A DNA stretch of 64,000 nucleotides from Devosia sp. 66-14 (GTDB lineage Bacteria; Pseudomonadota; Alphaproteobacteria; Rhizobiales; Devosiaceae), in assembly GCF_001899085.1 (NCBI RefSeq), contig NZ_MKVB01000006.1, forward strand, positions 1,073,492 to 1,137,491, read 5' to 3'. Below the pieces are notes generated by a model. That model was not told the DNA's origin and searched no databases. It saw only the letters and a list, made by a program, of their open reading frames with translations. Position numbers and translations under genes: made by a program. The stretch's first letter is position 1; the number at the start of each line of letters is the position of its first letter. Shown in pieces: positions 55,138-64,000 of this stretch.

Positions 55138-55763
55138 AACAGCCCCCGGTGCAGGATGGTCTTGATCTCGGGCTTGTCCAGCTCGGCCGGCTTGTGGCCG
55201 AGCGCGGTGTAGAAGACGCGACCGTGACCATAGGCGGATTTGTAGACCACCGGCATCTCGGCGCCCTTCTTCCAGAAGGCGTGCTCGCCCGAGAAGGTGG
55301 TGGTGGCCAGCACTTCGACGGTGGGGTCGACATGCATGTAGTACTGCTCCGAGGTGTGCTCGAAGCTCGTTATGCCGGCCATGATCGGGTCGTCGGTCGG
55401 CTTTGGGTCGACCTGGTAGCTGATGATGTCGCCGGGATGGGTGGCGAAGGTGCAGCCGCCGAGAAAGCGCATCCGCGCATTGCCCGGGAAACTGGTGGCG
55501 AGCGCATGGTGGAAGCCGGCGAGCCCGGTGCCGGCTTCGATGGCGGCGCAGAAGCGGATGGAATTCTCGCGGTCGAGTTCGCCGCCGGTGATCTGCGGCA
55601 CGATCAGGTCATAGGAGCCGACATTCTCGCCGCCCAATGCGGTGTAGTCGGCGGTGACGTCGACCGAAAAGCCCTCGCCTTCGAGGATCTCGCGCACGAT
55701 ATGTGCGCCTTTTTCGGGCTCGTGCAGCTCGAGCCCGCCCCATACGACCAATGCAGTCTTCAT
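55122..55763 (-). CDS. ThuA-domain protein
   Basis: 'MKTALVVWGG..HEP', 'GLAGFH', 'EQYYMH', 'GHGRVFYTALGH'. Confidence 0.85.
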   Translation of the reverse strand: MKTALVVWGGLELHEPEKGAHIVREILEGEGFSVDVTADYTALGGENVGSYDLIVPQITGGELDRENSIRFCAAIEAGTGLAGFHHALATSFPGNARMRFLGGCTFATHPGDIISYQVDPKPTDDPIMAGITSFEHTSEQYYMHVDPTVEVLATTTFSGEHAFWKKGAEMPVVYKSAYGHGRVFYTALGHKPAELDKPEIKTILHRGLLWAAR

Positions 55764-55926
55764 CGTCCTCTTCCCTCGCCGCTTGCCAGCGGGAGACCTG
55801 AACAAAAGCAGCGGGTTAAGGCAAGCGCGAATTGGTATGGTAGATCGCTGCCCCTCGCCTAACGGTGCATTGTGCGGCGCGCGCTTTCCCGCCGAGTATC
55901 CGGCTCGACAGCAAGAGGGGGACAGC

Positions 55927-57408
55927 ATGCCGACGAGTGATTTTTCCTATCTGAGCGCCAGCGAAGTGGCGCAACAGATCCGTGAGCGCGAGGTGTCGCC
56001 GGTCGAGGTGATGGACGCGACGATCGCCCGGATCGAGGCGCGCAACCCAAGCCTCAATGCCCTGATCTATCTAGGCTTCGATGACGCACGACGCGCCGCC
56101 AAGGCGGCCGAGGCCACGGTGATGAGCGGCGTCGCGCTGCCGCCGCTGCACGGGGTGCCGGCGGCAATCAAGGACCTGTTCGATTTCAAGCCGGGCTGGC
56201 CGACGACGTTTGGCGGGGTGCGGGCGCTCAAGAACAATATCGCGCAGTTCCACTGCCCGTTCGCCGAGCGGATCGAAAAGGGCGGCGCCATTCTCGTGGG
56301 CAAGACCAATGCACCGGTGATGGGGTTGCGCGGGGTCACCGACAATTACCTGTTCGGGCCGACCAACAACCCCTTCGATACGACCCGCAACCCGGGCGGC
56401 TCGTCGGGCGGCAGCGCGGCGATCGTCGCCGATGGCCTGGTGTCGATCGCCGAGGGCACCGATGCCGGCGGCTCGATCCGCATCCCGGCGGCATGGTGCG
56501 GGGTCTATGGCTACAAGCCGGCCTTCGGGCGCGTGCCGGTGGTGATGCGGCCCAATGCCTTTGCCGGCGACCTGCCCTATGTGTTCGAAGGACCGATCAC
56601 CCGCACCGTCGAAGATGCGGCGCTGGCGATGAGCGTGCTCGGCGGGTACGATCCGCGCGATCCGCTGAGCCTCGACGAGACGGTCGATTATCTCGGCGCC
56701 CTGAAACAGTCGATCAAGGGATTCCGCATCGGCTACAGCCCCAATCTGGATGTGTTCCCGGTCGATCCGCGCGTGGCCGAGACAGTGCAGCGCGCAGTCG
56801 GGGCGTTCCGCGAAGCCGGGGCGCAGGTGGAAGAGATCAAGCTCGGCATCCGCCACTCGCAGCGGGAACTCAGCGATCTGTGGCTGCGGCTGATGATGCC
56901 GCTGAACCTGGGGACGCTCGAAGCGGTGAAGGCCGGTGGGCTCGACCTGCTGGCAGACCACCGCGGCGACTTCCCGCCGGAGTATCTCCACTGGATCGAG
57001 AGCTATGGGCAGACGATGACCGCGGCGGACCTGCGTCGCGACCAGGCGATGCGCACCGAGATTTACGACGCGTTCCAGGCGGCGTTCGCGACCTATGACC
57101 TGGTGATCACCCCGACCGTCGCCGCATTGCCGGTGAAGAACGAAACCGGCGGCAATACGCACGGACCGCGCGAGGTCAACGGCGAGGCCGTGGACCAGGG
57201 GATCGGCTGGTGCCTCACCTATCCGCTCAACTTTACCGGACACCCGGCCGCCTCGATCCCGGCAGGGCTGGTCGATGGCCTGCCGGTCGGCATGCAGATC
57301 ATCGGGCGCCGCTATGCCGATGCGGATGTGCTGGCGGCGAGCGCGGCGTTCGAGCGGCTGCGGCCATGGGCCGAAAGCTATCGGATCTGTGCGGAGCGGG
57401 TGATTTAA
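55927..57408 (+). CDS. Amidase (amidase-signature family)
   Basis: 'LHGVPAAIKD', 'GGSSGGSAA', 'GTDAGGSIRIPA', 'GLPVGMQI'. Confidence 0.95.
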   Translation: MPTSDFSYLSASEVAQQIREREVSPVEVMDATIARIEARNPSLNALIYLGFDDARRAAKAAEATVMSGVALPPLHGVPAAIKDLFDFKPGWPTTFGGVRALKNNIAQFHCPFAERIEKGGAILVGKTNAPVMGLRGVTDNYLFGPTNNPFDTTRNPGGSSGGSAAIVADGLVSIAEGTDAGGSIRIPAAWCGVYGYKPAFGRVPVVMRPNAFAGDLPYVFEGPITRTVEDAALAMSVLGGYDPRDPLSLDETVDYLGALKQSIKGFRIGYSPNLDVFPVDPRVAETVQRAVGAFREAGAQVEEIKLGIRHSQRELSDLWLRLMMPLNLGTLEAVKAGGLDLLADHRGDFPPEYLHWIESYGQTMTAADLRRDQAMRTEIYDAFQAAFATYDLVITPTVAALPVKNETGGNTHGPREVNGEAVDQGIGWCLTYPLNFTGHPAASIPAGLVDGLPVGMQIIGRRYADADVLAASAAFERLRPWAESYRICAERVI

Positions 57409-57465
57409 GGGGCGGTACCGCCGGCACGCACTTGGAAGCTCCAATGGAGGTCTCCAGCACCGGCC

Positions 57466-57625
57466 TGCCTTCTCCCCTTGCGGGAGAAGGTGGCGCGTAG
57501 CGCCGGATGAGGGGTACGCGTAACGAAGTGTAGCGCGCCCCGAGCGATGCGAGGGGCGATCCAGTGCGCGGAGAGATACCCCTCATCCGGCCTTCGGCCA
57601 CCTTCTCCCGCAAGGGGAGAAGGCA
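57466..57625. repeat. MITE/REP-like 160-bp element with long terminal inverted repeats (CIR/RIME type)
   Basis: TGCCTTCTCCCCTTGCGGGAGAAGGTGGC...GCCGGATGAGGGGTA is the inverted repeat of TACCCCTCATCCGGC...GCCACCTTCTCCCGCAAGGGGAGAAGGCA. Lies between convergent amidase and phoB. Confidence 0.8.
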
Positions 57626-57660
57626 CCGTGCACTACCGCCTGTGCTCCGCTCCCAATAGT

Positions 57661-58362
57661 TCAGCTCACCGCCGCAAAGCGCTCGTCAAAGGCGTAGCCG
57701 GCGCCGCGGACGGTGCGGATCGGGTCGGCGTCGCGGTGACGGTTGATGGCCTTGCGCAGGCGACCGACATGCACGTCGACGGTGCGCTCGTCGACATAGA
57801 CGTCGTTGCCCCAGACGCCGTCGAGCAGCTGCTCGCGGGAATAGACCCGGCCCGGGTGGCGCATCAGGTATTCGAGCAGGCGATATTCGGTGGGGCCCAG
57901 ATGCACCTCGCGGCCGCCGCGGCGGACCCGATGGCTGGTGCGATCAAGCTCGAGGTCGCCGGCCTTGAGCACGGCGGTGACCAGCTGCGGGCTGGAACGG
58001 CGCAGCAGCGCGTTGATGCGGGCGAGCAGCTCGGGAATGGAGAACGGCTTCACCACATAATCATCGGCGCCGGTGGCAAGGCCGCGAACGCGTTCTTCTT
58101 CCTCGCCGCGCGCCGTGATCATGATGATCGGGGTGCGGGCGGTTTCCTCGCGCGAGCGCCAGCGGCGGCAGAGTTCGATCCCCGAGAGGCCCGGCAGCAT
58201 CCAGTCGAGCAGGATCAGATCCGGCACGCCGTCACGGATACGTTCCACCGCCTCGTCGCCCGAGGCGGCCGTGGCAACCCGGAAGCCTTCGGCTTCGAGG
58301 TTGTAGCGCAGCAGGACGGCCAGATCGGCTTCGTCCTCAACGATCAGGATGGTGGCTGACAT
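57661..58362 (-). CDS. phoB: Phosphate regulon response regulator PhoB
   Basis: 'DLILLDWMLP', 'DDYVVKPF', 'HLGPTEYRLL', 'RTVDVHVGRLR'. In the pst operon. Confidence 0.96.
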   Translation of the reverse strand: MSATILIVEDEADLAVLLRYNLEAEGFRVATAASGDEAVERIRDGVPDLILLDWMLPGLSGIELCRRWRSREETARTPIIMITARGEEEERVRGLATGADDYVVKPFSIPELLARINALLRRSSPQLVTAVLKAGDLELDRTSHRVRRGGREVHLGPTEYRLLEYLMRHPGRVYSREQLLDGVWGNDVYVDERTVDVHVGRLRKAINRHRDADPIRTVRGAGYAFDERFAAVS

Positions 58363-58375
58363 CGGCTCACTCCTA

Positions 58376-58420
58376 GAGTGCTTTCAGGCAAGTCGCGGGA
58401 CTTTTCCGGCCTGAAAGCTC
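58376..58420. repeat. Short Rhizobiales-type nested palindromic repeat, copy 2
   Basis: GAGTGCTTTCAGG..ACTTTTCCGG..GAAAGCTC matches the reverse complement of 35719..35766. Confidence 0.6.
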
Positions 58421-58473
58421 TGGACATCAAAGGCTTGGATCGCCGCGCCGCTTCTGTGAAACGGCGCAGTGCA

Positions 58474-59169
58474 TCAGCGCGGCTGGCGCTGCTGTTCCTC
58501 GGCGCCGAGATGGCGGCCGGTTTCGAGATAGTAGGCGGCTTCGGCGATGTTGGTGGCGTGGTCGCCGACGCGCTCGAGGCTCTTGGTGCAGAACAGCAGA
58601 TGCGTGCACTGCGTGATGTTGCGCGGATCTTCCATCATGTAGGTGAGCAGTTCGCGGAACAGCGAATTGTACATGGCGTCGACTTCGTCGTCGCGACTGC
58701 ACACCTCGACGGCTGCAGCGGCATCGCGGCTCAGGTAAGCGTCGATGGCGCTCTTCAGCTGCCGGGCCACCAGCTCCTTCATGTGCTTGACGCCATTGTA
58801 GAATTTCGGCGCGAGGCCGAGCGACTCGATCTGCATGGCGCGCTTGGCGAGCTGCTTAGCCATATCGCCGGTGCGCTCGAGGTCGTTGGCGACCTGGATC
58901 GAGGTCACCACCATGCGCAGGTCCGCCGCCATCGGCTGGCGACGGGCGATGATCGAGACGGCAGCGTCGTTGATGCGCTGCTGCATGTCGTCGATCTTCT
59001 TATCGAACAGCCGCACATCCTGGGCCTGCTTATGGTCGAGCTTCAGCAGCGCGACCGCCGACTCGGTGATGGCCTGTTCGACCATGCCGCCCATCTCGGA
59101 GATGGCCTTGTTGAGGTTGGTGAGTTCATCCTCGTAGGAGGAAACGATGTGCTCGTTGAGCGATGCCAT
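58474..59169 (-). CDS. phoU: Phosphate signalling protein PhoU
   Basis: 'IARRQPMAADLR', 'DLERTGD', 'DDEVDAMY', 'KSLERVGDHATNIAE'. Confidence 0.97.
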   Translation of the reverse strand: MASLNEHIVSSYEDELTNLNKAISEMGGMVEQAITESAVALLKLDHKQAQDVRLFDKKIDDMQQRINDAAVSIIARRQPMAADLRMVVTSIQVANDLERTGDMAKQLAKRAMQIESLGLAPKFYNGVKHMKELVARQLKSAIDAYLSRDAAAAVEVCSRDDEVDAMYNSLFRELLTYMMEDPRNITQCTHLLFCTKSLERVGDHATNIAEAAYYLETGRHLGAEEQQRQPR

Positions 59170-59189
59170 AGTATCGATCCTCTTGGACG

Positions 59190-60008
59190 TCAGCCGATAC
59201 GGCCGGTGATGTAATCCTGCGTCTGCTTGTTGCGCGGATTGGTGAAGATGTCTTCGGTCTTGCCTTCCTCGATCAGCTTGCCGAGGTGGAAGAACGCGGT
59301 CTTCTGGCTGACGCGGGCGGCCTGCTGCATGGAGTGGGTGACGATGACGATGGTGAAGTTCTCACGCAGTTCGTCGATCAGCTCCTCGATGACCGCGGTG
59401 GCGATCGGGTCGAGCGCCGAGCACGGCTCGTCCATCAGCAGCACTTCGGGCTTGGTGGCGATGGCGCGGGCGATGCACAGGCGCTGCTGCTGACCGCCGG
59501 ACAGGCCGGTGCCGGGTTCGTTGAGGCGGTCCTTGACCTCGTTCCACAGGCCGGCGCGGCGTAGCGAGGAGTGCACGATCTCGTCGAGATCGGCCTTGTT
59601 GCGGGCGATGCCGTGGATCTTGGGGCCGTAGGCGACGTTCTCGTAGATCGACTTGGGGAACGGATTGGGCTTCTGGAACACCATGCCGACGCGGGCGCGC
59701 AGTTCCACCACGTCGATCGAAGGATCGTAGATATCGTCCTTGTCGAGGGTGATCTTGCCCACCACGCGGCAGCCGTCGATGGTGTCGTTCATGCGGTTCA
59801 ACGAGCGCAGGAACGTCGACTTGCCGCAGCCCGAGGGGCCGATCAGCGAGGTGACGTTGAACTGCTCGATCTTCAGATCGACGTCGAACAGGGCCTGCTT
59901 CTCACCGTAGAACACGCCGACCTTGTCGCCCTGCATCTTGGGCGGGGCATTCGGGCGGGCGACGGGAGCGGCAGTGGTCGCAGCGGATTCGAGGGACATG
60001 TCGGTCAT
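59190..60008 (-). CDS. pstB: Phosphate ABC transporter ATPase
   Basis: 'GPSGCGKST', 'VFQKPNPFP', '[14 protein letters not shown]', 'YITGRIG'. Confidence 0.97.
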   Translation of the reverse strand: MTDMSLESAATTAAPVARPNAPPKMQGDKVGVFYGEKQALFDVDLKIEQFNVTSLIGPSGCGKSTFLRSLNRMNDTIDGCRVVGKITLDKDDIYDPSIDVVELRARVGMVFQKPNPFPKSIYENVAYGPKIHGIARNKADLDEIVHSSLRRAGLWNEVKDRLNEPGTGLSGGQQQRLCIARAIATKPEVLLMDEPCSALDPIATAVIEELIDELRENFTIVIVTHSMQQAARVSQKTAFFHLGKLIEEGKTEDIFTNPRNKQTQDYITGRIG

Positions 60009-60020
60009 CCAGGTCAGGGG

Positions 60021-61340
60021 TTACCAGCGGCGCTCAAAGCGGCGGCGGAGGAGAATTGCGGCAATGTTCATCAGGGCGAGGAAGATCAACAGCACCAGCA
60101 CGGCGCCCTGCGTGCGTTCGACGAAGGCACGTTCCGCCTCGTTGGCCCACATGTAGATCTGCACGGGCAGCGCGGTGGCGGGATCGAGCGGCGAAGTCGG
60201 GCGGTCGGCGACGAAGGCTACCATGCCGATCAGCAGCAACGGCGCGGTTTCACCCAGCGCACGGGCAAGCCCGATAATGGTGCCGGTGAGGATGCCGGGA
60301 GTGGCCAGCGGCAGCACGTGATCGAACACCATCTGCATGCGCGAGGCGCCGATGCCGAGGGCGGCGGAGCGGATCGAGGGCGGGACGGCGCGCAGGGCAG
60401 CGCGGGTGGCGATGATGATGGTGGGCAGCGTCATCAGGGTGAGGACGAGACCGCCGACGATCGGCGCGGAACGCGGCATGCCGAAGAAGTTGATGAACAC
60501 CGCCAGACCGAGCAGGCCGTAAACGATCGAGGGCACGGCGGCGAGATTGTTGATGTTCACTTCGATGAAATCGGTGAAGCGGTTCTTCTTGGCGAACTCT
60601 TCGAGGTAGATCGAGGCGGCAACACCGATGGGCAGCGCGCAGAGCAGCACGATCGCCATCATGTAGAGCGAACCGACCAGCGCCACGCCGAGACCGGCGG
60701 TTTCAGGGCGACTGGAGGCGCCGAAGGTGAGCAGGCCCCAGTTGAACGGCGTCGAGATGGCGCCCTGCTGCTTCAGTTGGTCGAGCCAGGCGACCTGCTG
60801 ATCGGAGACCTTGCGCTTGTCCTGGGGGACGGTGAGATCGATCTGCCCCTTGTTGGCGCTGTCGATATCGGCGGCCGCCAGCAGCGTGACGTTGCGGGTG
60901 GTGCCGATCACCGAGGGGTCGGCGAGGACGATCTCGCGCAGCGTCGAGCGGGAACCGTCGGAGACGAACTTGGCGATGTCGCGCATCGCTGCCTTGTCGT
61001 CGATCGAGACGCCGAGCGCCTTGGCGACGGCATTGCGGGCGACGATCGGGTAGTTGGCCGACACCAGCACACGCGGGTTGGTGGCGCGCTCGTTATCCTT
61101 GTCGATGATCGAGGCGGAGAACTCGACCGGCACGGTGATCGAGGTCTGCACAAAGGCGGTGTAGCCCTTGGAGACGATCGACACGAGCAGGATGGCGAGA
61201 AAGCCCAGGCCGATCACGATGGCCACGATGCCATAGAGCCGGAAGCGGAACTCGGCAGCGTGGCGGCGCTTCAGGCCGAAATCGCGCTTTGCCGGAGCGG
61301 CGGTGTCCACGGCAGCGTGGGGCAAGGCTGCGTCGGTCAT
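60021..61340 (-). CDS. pstA: Phosphate ABC transporter permease PstA (long alphaproteobacterial form)
   Basis: 'NLAAVPSIVYGLLG', 'RALGETAPL'. Confidence 0.96.
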   Translation of the reverse strand: MTDAALPHAAVDTAAPAKRDFGLKRRHAAEFRFRLYGIVAIVIGLGFLAILLVSIVSKGYTAFVQTSITVPVEFSASIIDKDNERATNPRVLVSANYPIVARNAVAKALGVSIDDKAAMRDIAKFVSDGSRSTLREIVLADPSVIGTTRNVTLLAAADIDSANKGQIDLTVPQDKRKVSDQQVAWLDQLKQQGAISTPFNWGLLTFGASSRPETAGLGVALVGSLYMMAIVLLCALPIGVAASIYLEEFAKKNRFTDFIEVNINNLAAVPSIVYGLLGLAVFINFFGMPRSAPIVGGLVLTLMTLPTIIIATRAALRAVPPSIRSAALGIGASRMQMVFDHVLPLATPGILTGTIIGLARALGETAPLLLIGMVAFVADRPTSPLDPATALPVQIYMWANEAERAFVERTQGAVLVLLIFLALMNIAAILLRRRFERRW

Positions 61341-62806
61341 TCGTACTGCTCCCGGTACTTGCGGACGATGTAGAGCGCGTAGACGTTCATGGCGAGCGTC
61401 AGGGCGAACAGGGTGAGGCCGAGGGCGAAGGCCACCAGCGTCTGCGGCGAGTTGAACTCGAGGTCGCCGGTCAACTGATTGACGATCTTGACCGTGATGG
61501 TGGTCATCGCCTCGAAGGGGTTGAAGTTGATGCGGGCCGCGACGCCTGCCGCCAGCACCACGATCATGGTTTCGCCGATGGCGCGCGAGGCGGTGAGCAG
61601 CAGCGCGCCGACAATGCCGGGCAGCGCGGCGGGCAGGATCACCTTGCGGATGGTTTCCGACCGGGTGGCGCCCAGCGCCAGCGAGCCGTCACGCATGGCG
61701 CGGGGCACGGCGGTGATGACGTCGTCGGAAAGCGAGGACACCACCGGGATCAGCATCACGCCCATGACGATGCCGGCGGTCAGCACCGACTGCGCCTGGA
61801 TGAAGGCAAAGCCGCCGGCCAGCGCCGCCGAAAGGTCACGGAAGAAGGGCCCGAGCGTCACCACGGCGAAGATGCCGTAGACGATGGTGGGGATGCCGGC
61901 CAGCAGCTCGAGCAGCGGCTTGACGGTGGAGCGCACCTTACTCGAGGCGTACTCGCCCATGTAGACGGCCGCCATCAGGCCGACGGGCACGGCGAACAGC
62001 ATCGAGACGAAGGCGATGTAGAGCGTGCCGGCGAGCAGGGGGATCAGGCCGAACTGGCCTTCGGTGCCGCCCGAACCGGCCGCGGCAAAGCGCGGGTCCC
62101 ACACAGTGCCGAAGAAGAAGTTGAGCGGGTTGACCTCGGAGAAGAAGTGAACGGTCTCGCTCAGCATCGACAGCACGATGCCGACGGTGGTGAGGATAGC
62201 AACGGTGGACGCGGCGAGCAGCGACCACAGCACGACGCGCTCCACCTCGTTGCGGGCCCTGAGCCGCAGGCGGATGCGGGAATAGGCGAAGGCGGCGCCG
62301 GCGAGCGACAGCAGCAGGGTCAGGCCCTGGCCGATCAGCTTGTGCACGGCAGCGTCGGCATTCACGCTGGCGGCGAGCGGCAGCATGTAGTCCTCGCCGC
62401 TGTCGGCCAGCACGATGCCGGACGACTTGGCCATGTCGCGCAGCGCGGCATAGGAGGTCGGAACGTTGGCGCCCGAAAGATCGAGCCGGTTCAGTGCCGA
62501 AGAAACGTTATGGACGATGCCGATCGACAGGCTGGCCGCCGACGTATCGGAGAGGTGAGCGCTGACCTCGGTGCGCACCCGGCTCTCGAGTATCGCGGAG
62601 GACACCGCGCTGAGGGCGAGAAACACGAGGAGCGCCGGGACGGTCGCGAAGATGAAGGAGAGCCAGCCGTGATAGGTCGGCAGGGAGTGCGGAACTTCCT
62701 TGCTGCGATCGCTGGCGTCGCGTTGGACGCGGGCGCGCTGCGCCGAGAAGAAGTATGCGATGGCACCAATGGCCAGAACGATTGCGACTACCCAGCCTGC
62801 TGACAT
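61337..62806 (-). CDS. pstC: Phosphate ABC transporter permease PstC
   Basis: 'ELLAGIPTIVYG', 'SRAIGETMIV'. Confidence 0.96.
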   Translation of the reverse strand: MSAGWVVAIVLAIGAIAYFFSAQRARVQRDASDRSKEVPHSLPTYHGWLSFIFATVPALLVFLALSAVSSAILESRVRTEVSAHLSDTSAASLSIGIVHNVSSALNRLDLSGANVPTSYAALRDMAKSSGIVLADSGEDYMLPLAASVNADAAVHKLIGQGLTLLLSLAGAAFAYSRIRLRLRARNEVERVVLWSLLAASTVAILTTVGIVLSMLSETVHFFSEVNPLNFFFGTVWDPRFAAAGSGGTEGQFGLIPLLAGTLYIAFVSMLFAVPVGLMAAVYMGEYASSKVRSTVKPLLELLAGIPTIVYGIFAVVTLGPFFRDLSAALAGGFAFIQAQSVLTAGIVMGVMLIPVVSSLSDDVITAVPRAMRDGSLALGATRSETIRKVILPAALPGIVGALLLTASRAIGETMIVVLAAGVAARINFNPFEAMTTITVKIVNQLTGDLEFNSPQTLVAFALGLTLFALTLAMNVYALYIVRKYREQYE

Positions 62807-62868
62807 CGACGCCTCACTTGCCCCGTTTAGACCGCCACGCGGACGGCAGTTCCGCTATGCGCGGAAGG

Positions 62869-62896
62869 GCGGCGCGGACCGCAAGGCCCGCGCCGC
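62869..62896 (-). terminator. Stem-loop between pstS and pstC
   Basis: GCGGCGCGG...CCGCGCCGC hairpin just downstream of the pstS stop. Confidence 0.55.
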
Positions 62897-62903
62897 ACTC
62901 ACA

Positions 62904-63926
62904 TTACATCGTGGTGCCGGCGTCGAACTTGGCGCGGATTTCTTCGCGCTCAGCGTCCGGAGCGGCCACGAGGCCATACTGAGCGAGCGGCGAGTCCGGC
63001 CCGATCATGTCGTCGGAGATGAAGAAGTCGACATATTCCTTGAGGCCCGGGATCACGCCGATATGGGCCTTCTTGACGTAGAAGAACAGCGGACGGGAAA
63101 CCGGATACTCGCCCGACGAGATGGTCTCGGTCGAGGGAACGACGCCGCCGACGGTGGCGACCTTCAGCTTGTCGGCATTGTTTTCGTAGAAGGCGAGACC
63201 GAACACGCCCACACCGGTCTTGTTGCTGTCGATGCGCGCCAGCGTCTCGGTGTAGTCGCCGTCGATGTCGACGGCCTTGCCGTCCTTGCGGACCGCGATG
63301 CAGGTCTTGGCGACGGCGTCATCGGCGACGCCAGCGGCCTTCAGGGCGTCCTTGTCGCAGCCGACGTCGAGCAGCTTGGTCTCGAACACTTCGCGGGTGC
63401 CGTGCTTCTCGCCCGGGATGTAGGCAGCGATGTCCCAGGCGGGGAACGCCGGGTTCACTTCGTTCCACTTGGTGTACGGGTTGTCGACGAGCTTGCCGTC
63501 AACCACGACCTGAGCGGCCAGCGCCTTGTAGATGTCGACGGGCTGGATGGCGAAATCCGGGCCGGCGATATCGGTGGCGAACACGATGCCGTCGTAGCCG
63601 ATCTTGACTTCCTCGACGTCGGCGACGCCGTTGGCCTTGCAGGTGTCGAGCTCTTCGGCCTTGATCGGACGCGACGAGTTCGCGATGTCGATCTTGTCTT
63701 CGCCGACGCCTTCACAGAACTGCTTGATGCCGGCGCCCGAACCACCGGACTCGACGACCGGGGTCTTGAAGTCCGGGAACGCCTCGCCGAACGACTCGGC
63801 GACGATCTTGGCATAGGGGAGAACGGTGGACGAACCGGCGACCTGGACCTGGTCGCGCGCCGCGGCCGCACCAAGGCCAGCGGCAAGCGCGATAACCGCG
63901 GCGCTCGCGAAAACTGCAATCTTCAT
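62904..63926 (-). CDS. pstS: Phosphate ABC transporter substrate-binding protein
   Basis: Signal peptide, 'VAGSSTVLPY', 'GSGAGIKQFC', 'IANSSR', 'YPVSRPLFFY'. Confidence 0.95.
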   Translation of the reverse strand: MKIAVFASAAVIALAAGLGAAAARDQVQVAGSSTVLPYAKIVAESFGEAFPDFKTPVVESGGSGAGIKQFCEGVGEDKIDIANSSRPIKAEELDTCKANGVADVEEVKIGYDGIVFATDIAGPDFAIQPVDIYKALAAQVVVDGKLVDNPYTKWNEVNPAFPAWDIAAYIPGEKHGTREVFETKLLDVGCDKDALKAAGVADDAVAKTCIAVRKDGKAVDIDGDYTETLARIDSNKTGVGVFGLAFYENNADKLKVATVGGVVPSTETISSGEYPVSRPLFFYVKKAHIGVIPGLKEYVDFFISDDMIGPDSPLAQYGLVAAPDAEREEIRAKFDAGTTM

Positions 63927-64000
63927 GATGTTGTTCCCTTTCGGAAGGATCGGCCCTTTCAGGCCAGTCGACGGTTCCGGTTCCTCCGGCCGCCCTGTCT

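Noticed and set aside
55654-55926. N-terminal extension of the amidase, and the extension of ThuA to 55928
   Set aside because: The two extensions overlap each other across a divergent intergenic region. Better starts are ATG 55927 (amidase) and ATG 55763 (ThuA).
1-64000. tRNA/rRNA genes, integrases, transposases, prophage genes
   Set aside because: No cloverleaf or rRNA-like sequence and no recombinase or transposase motifs were recognised by eye. Island boundaries are therefore inferred from gene content only. tRNAscan/Infernal were not run.

Overview
High-GC alphaproteobacterial chromosome segment. The argD-argF-hslO / gcrA / phoB-phoU-pstBACS arrangement, a SAM-II riboswitch before metZ and Rhizobiales-type palindromic repeats suggest Hyphomicrobiales, possibly Devosia-like (inference). 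Left to right: (1) two convergent carbohydrate-uptake clusters (enolase-superfamily enzyme, FadR regulator, ABC, GH36; and LacI, GH29 fucosidase, Pol-beta-type nucleotidyltransferase, ABC); (2) a 13.4-22.3 kb accessory island with a sulfotransferase, a pseudo-hydrolase, a GT4, a Ser/Tyr-rich beta-barrel, an HlyC-like protein, an AMP ligase and two ACP + alpha/beta-hydrolase pairs; (3) cytochrome c and a coxMNOP-type oxidase; (4) a cyclase / REC-TrxB / cNMP-kinase / ZnF-UBP signalling module; (5) dcd and metZ; (6) the highlight at 37.2-43.0 kb, a RiPP operon with SIX tandem 27-31 aa precursor genes that the ORF track misses. They have lasso-type YxKPxL...IT-A leaders but 6-10 aa cores sharing an S-K motif that cannot form a lasso. 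They are followed by an RRE, a B2 peptidase, an HprK-like kinase, a nucleotidyltransferase, an AMP-dependent ligase and a GNAT, with no lasso cyclase, and lie next to a divergent MacAB exporter; (7) housekeeping genes through the pho/pst operon. I saw no rRNA, tRNA, CRISPR array, integrase or transposase. All assignments come from reading motifs by eye; no searches were run.
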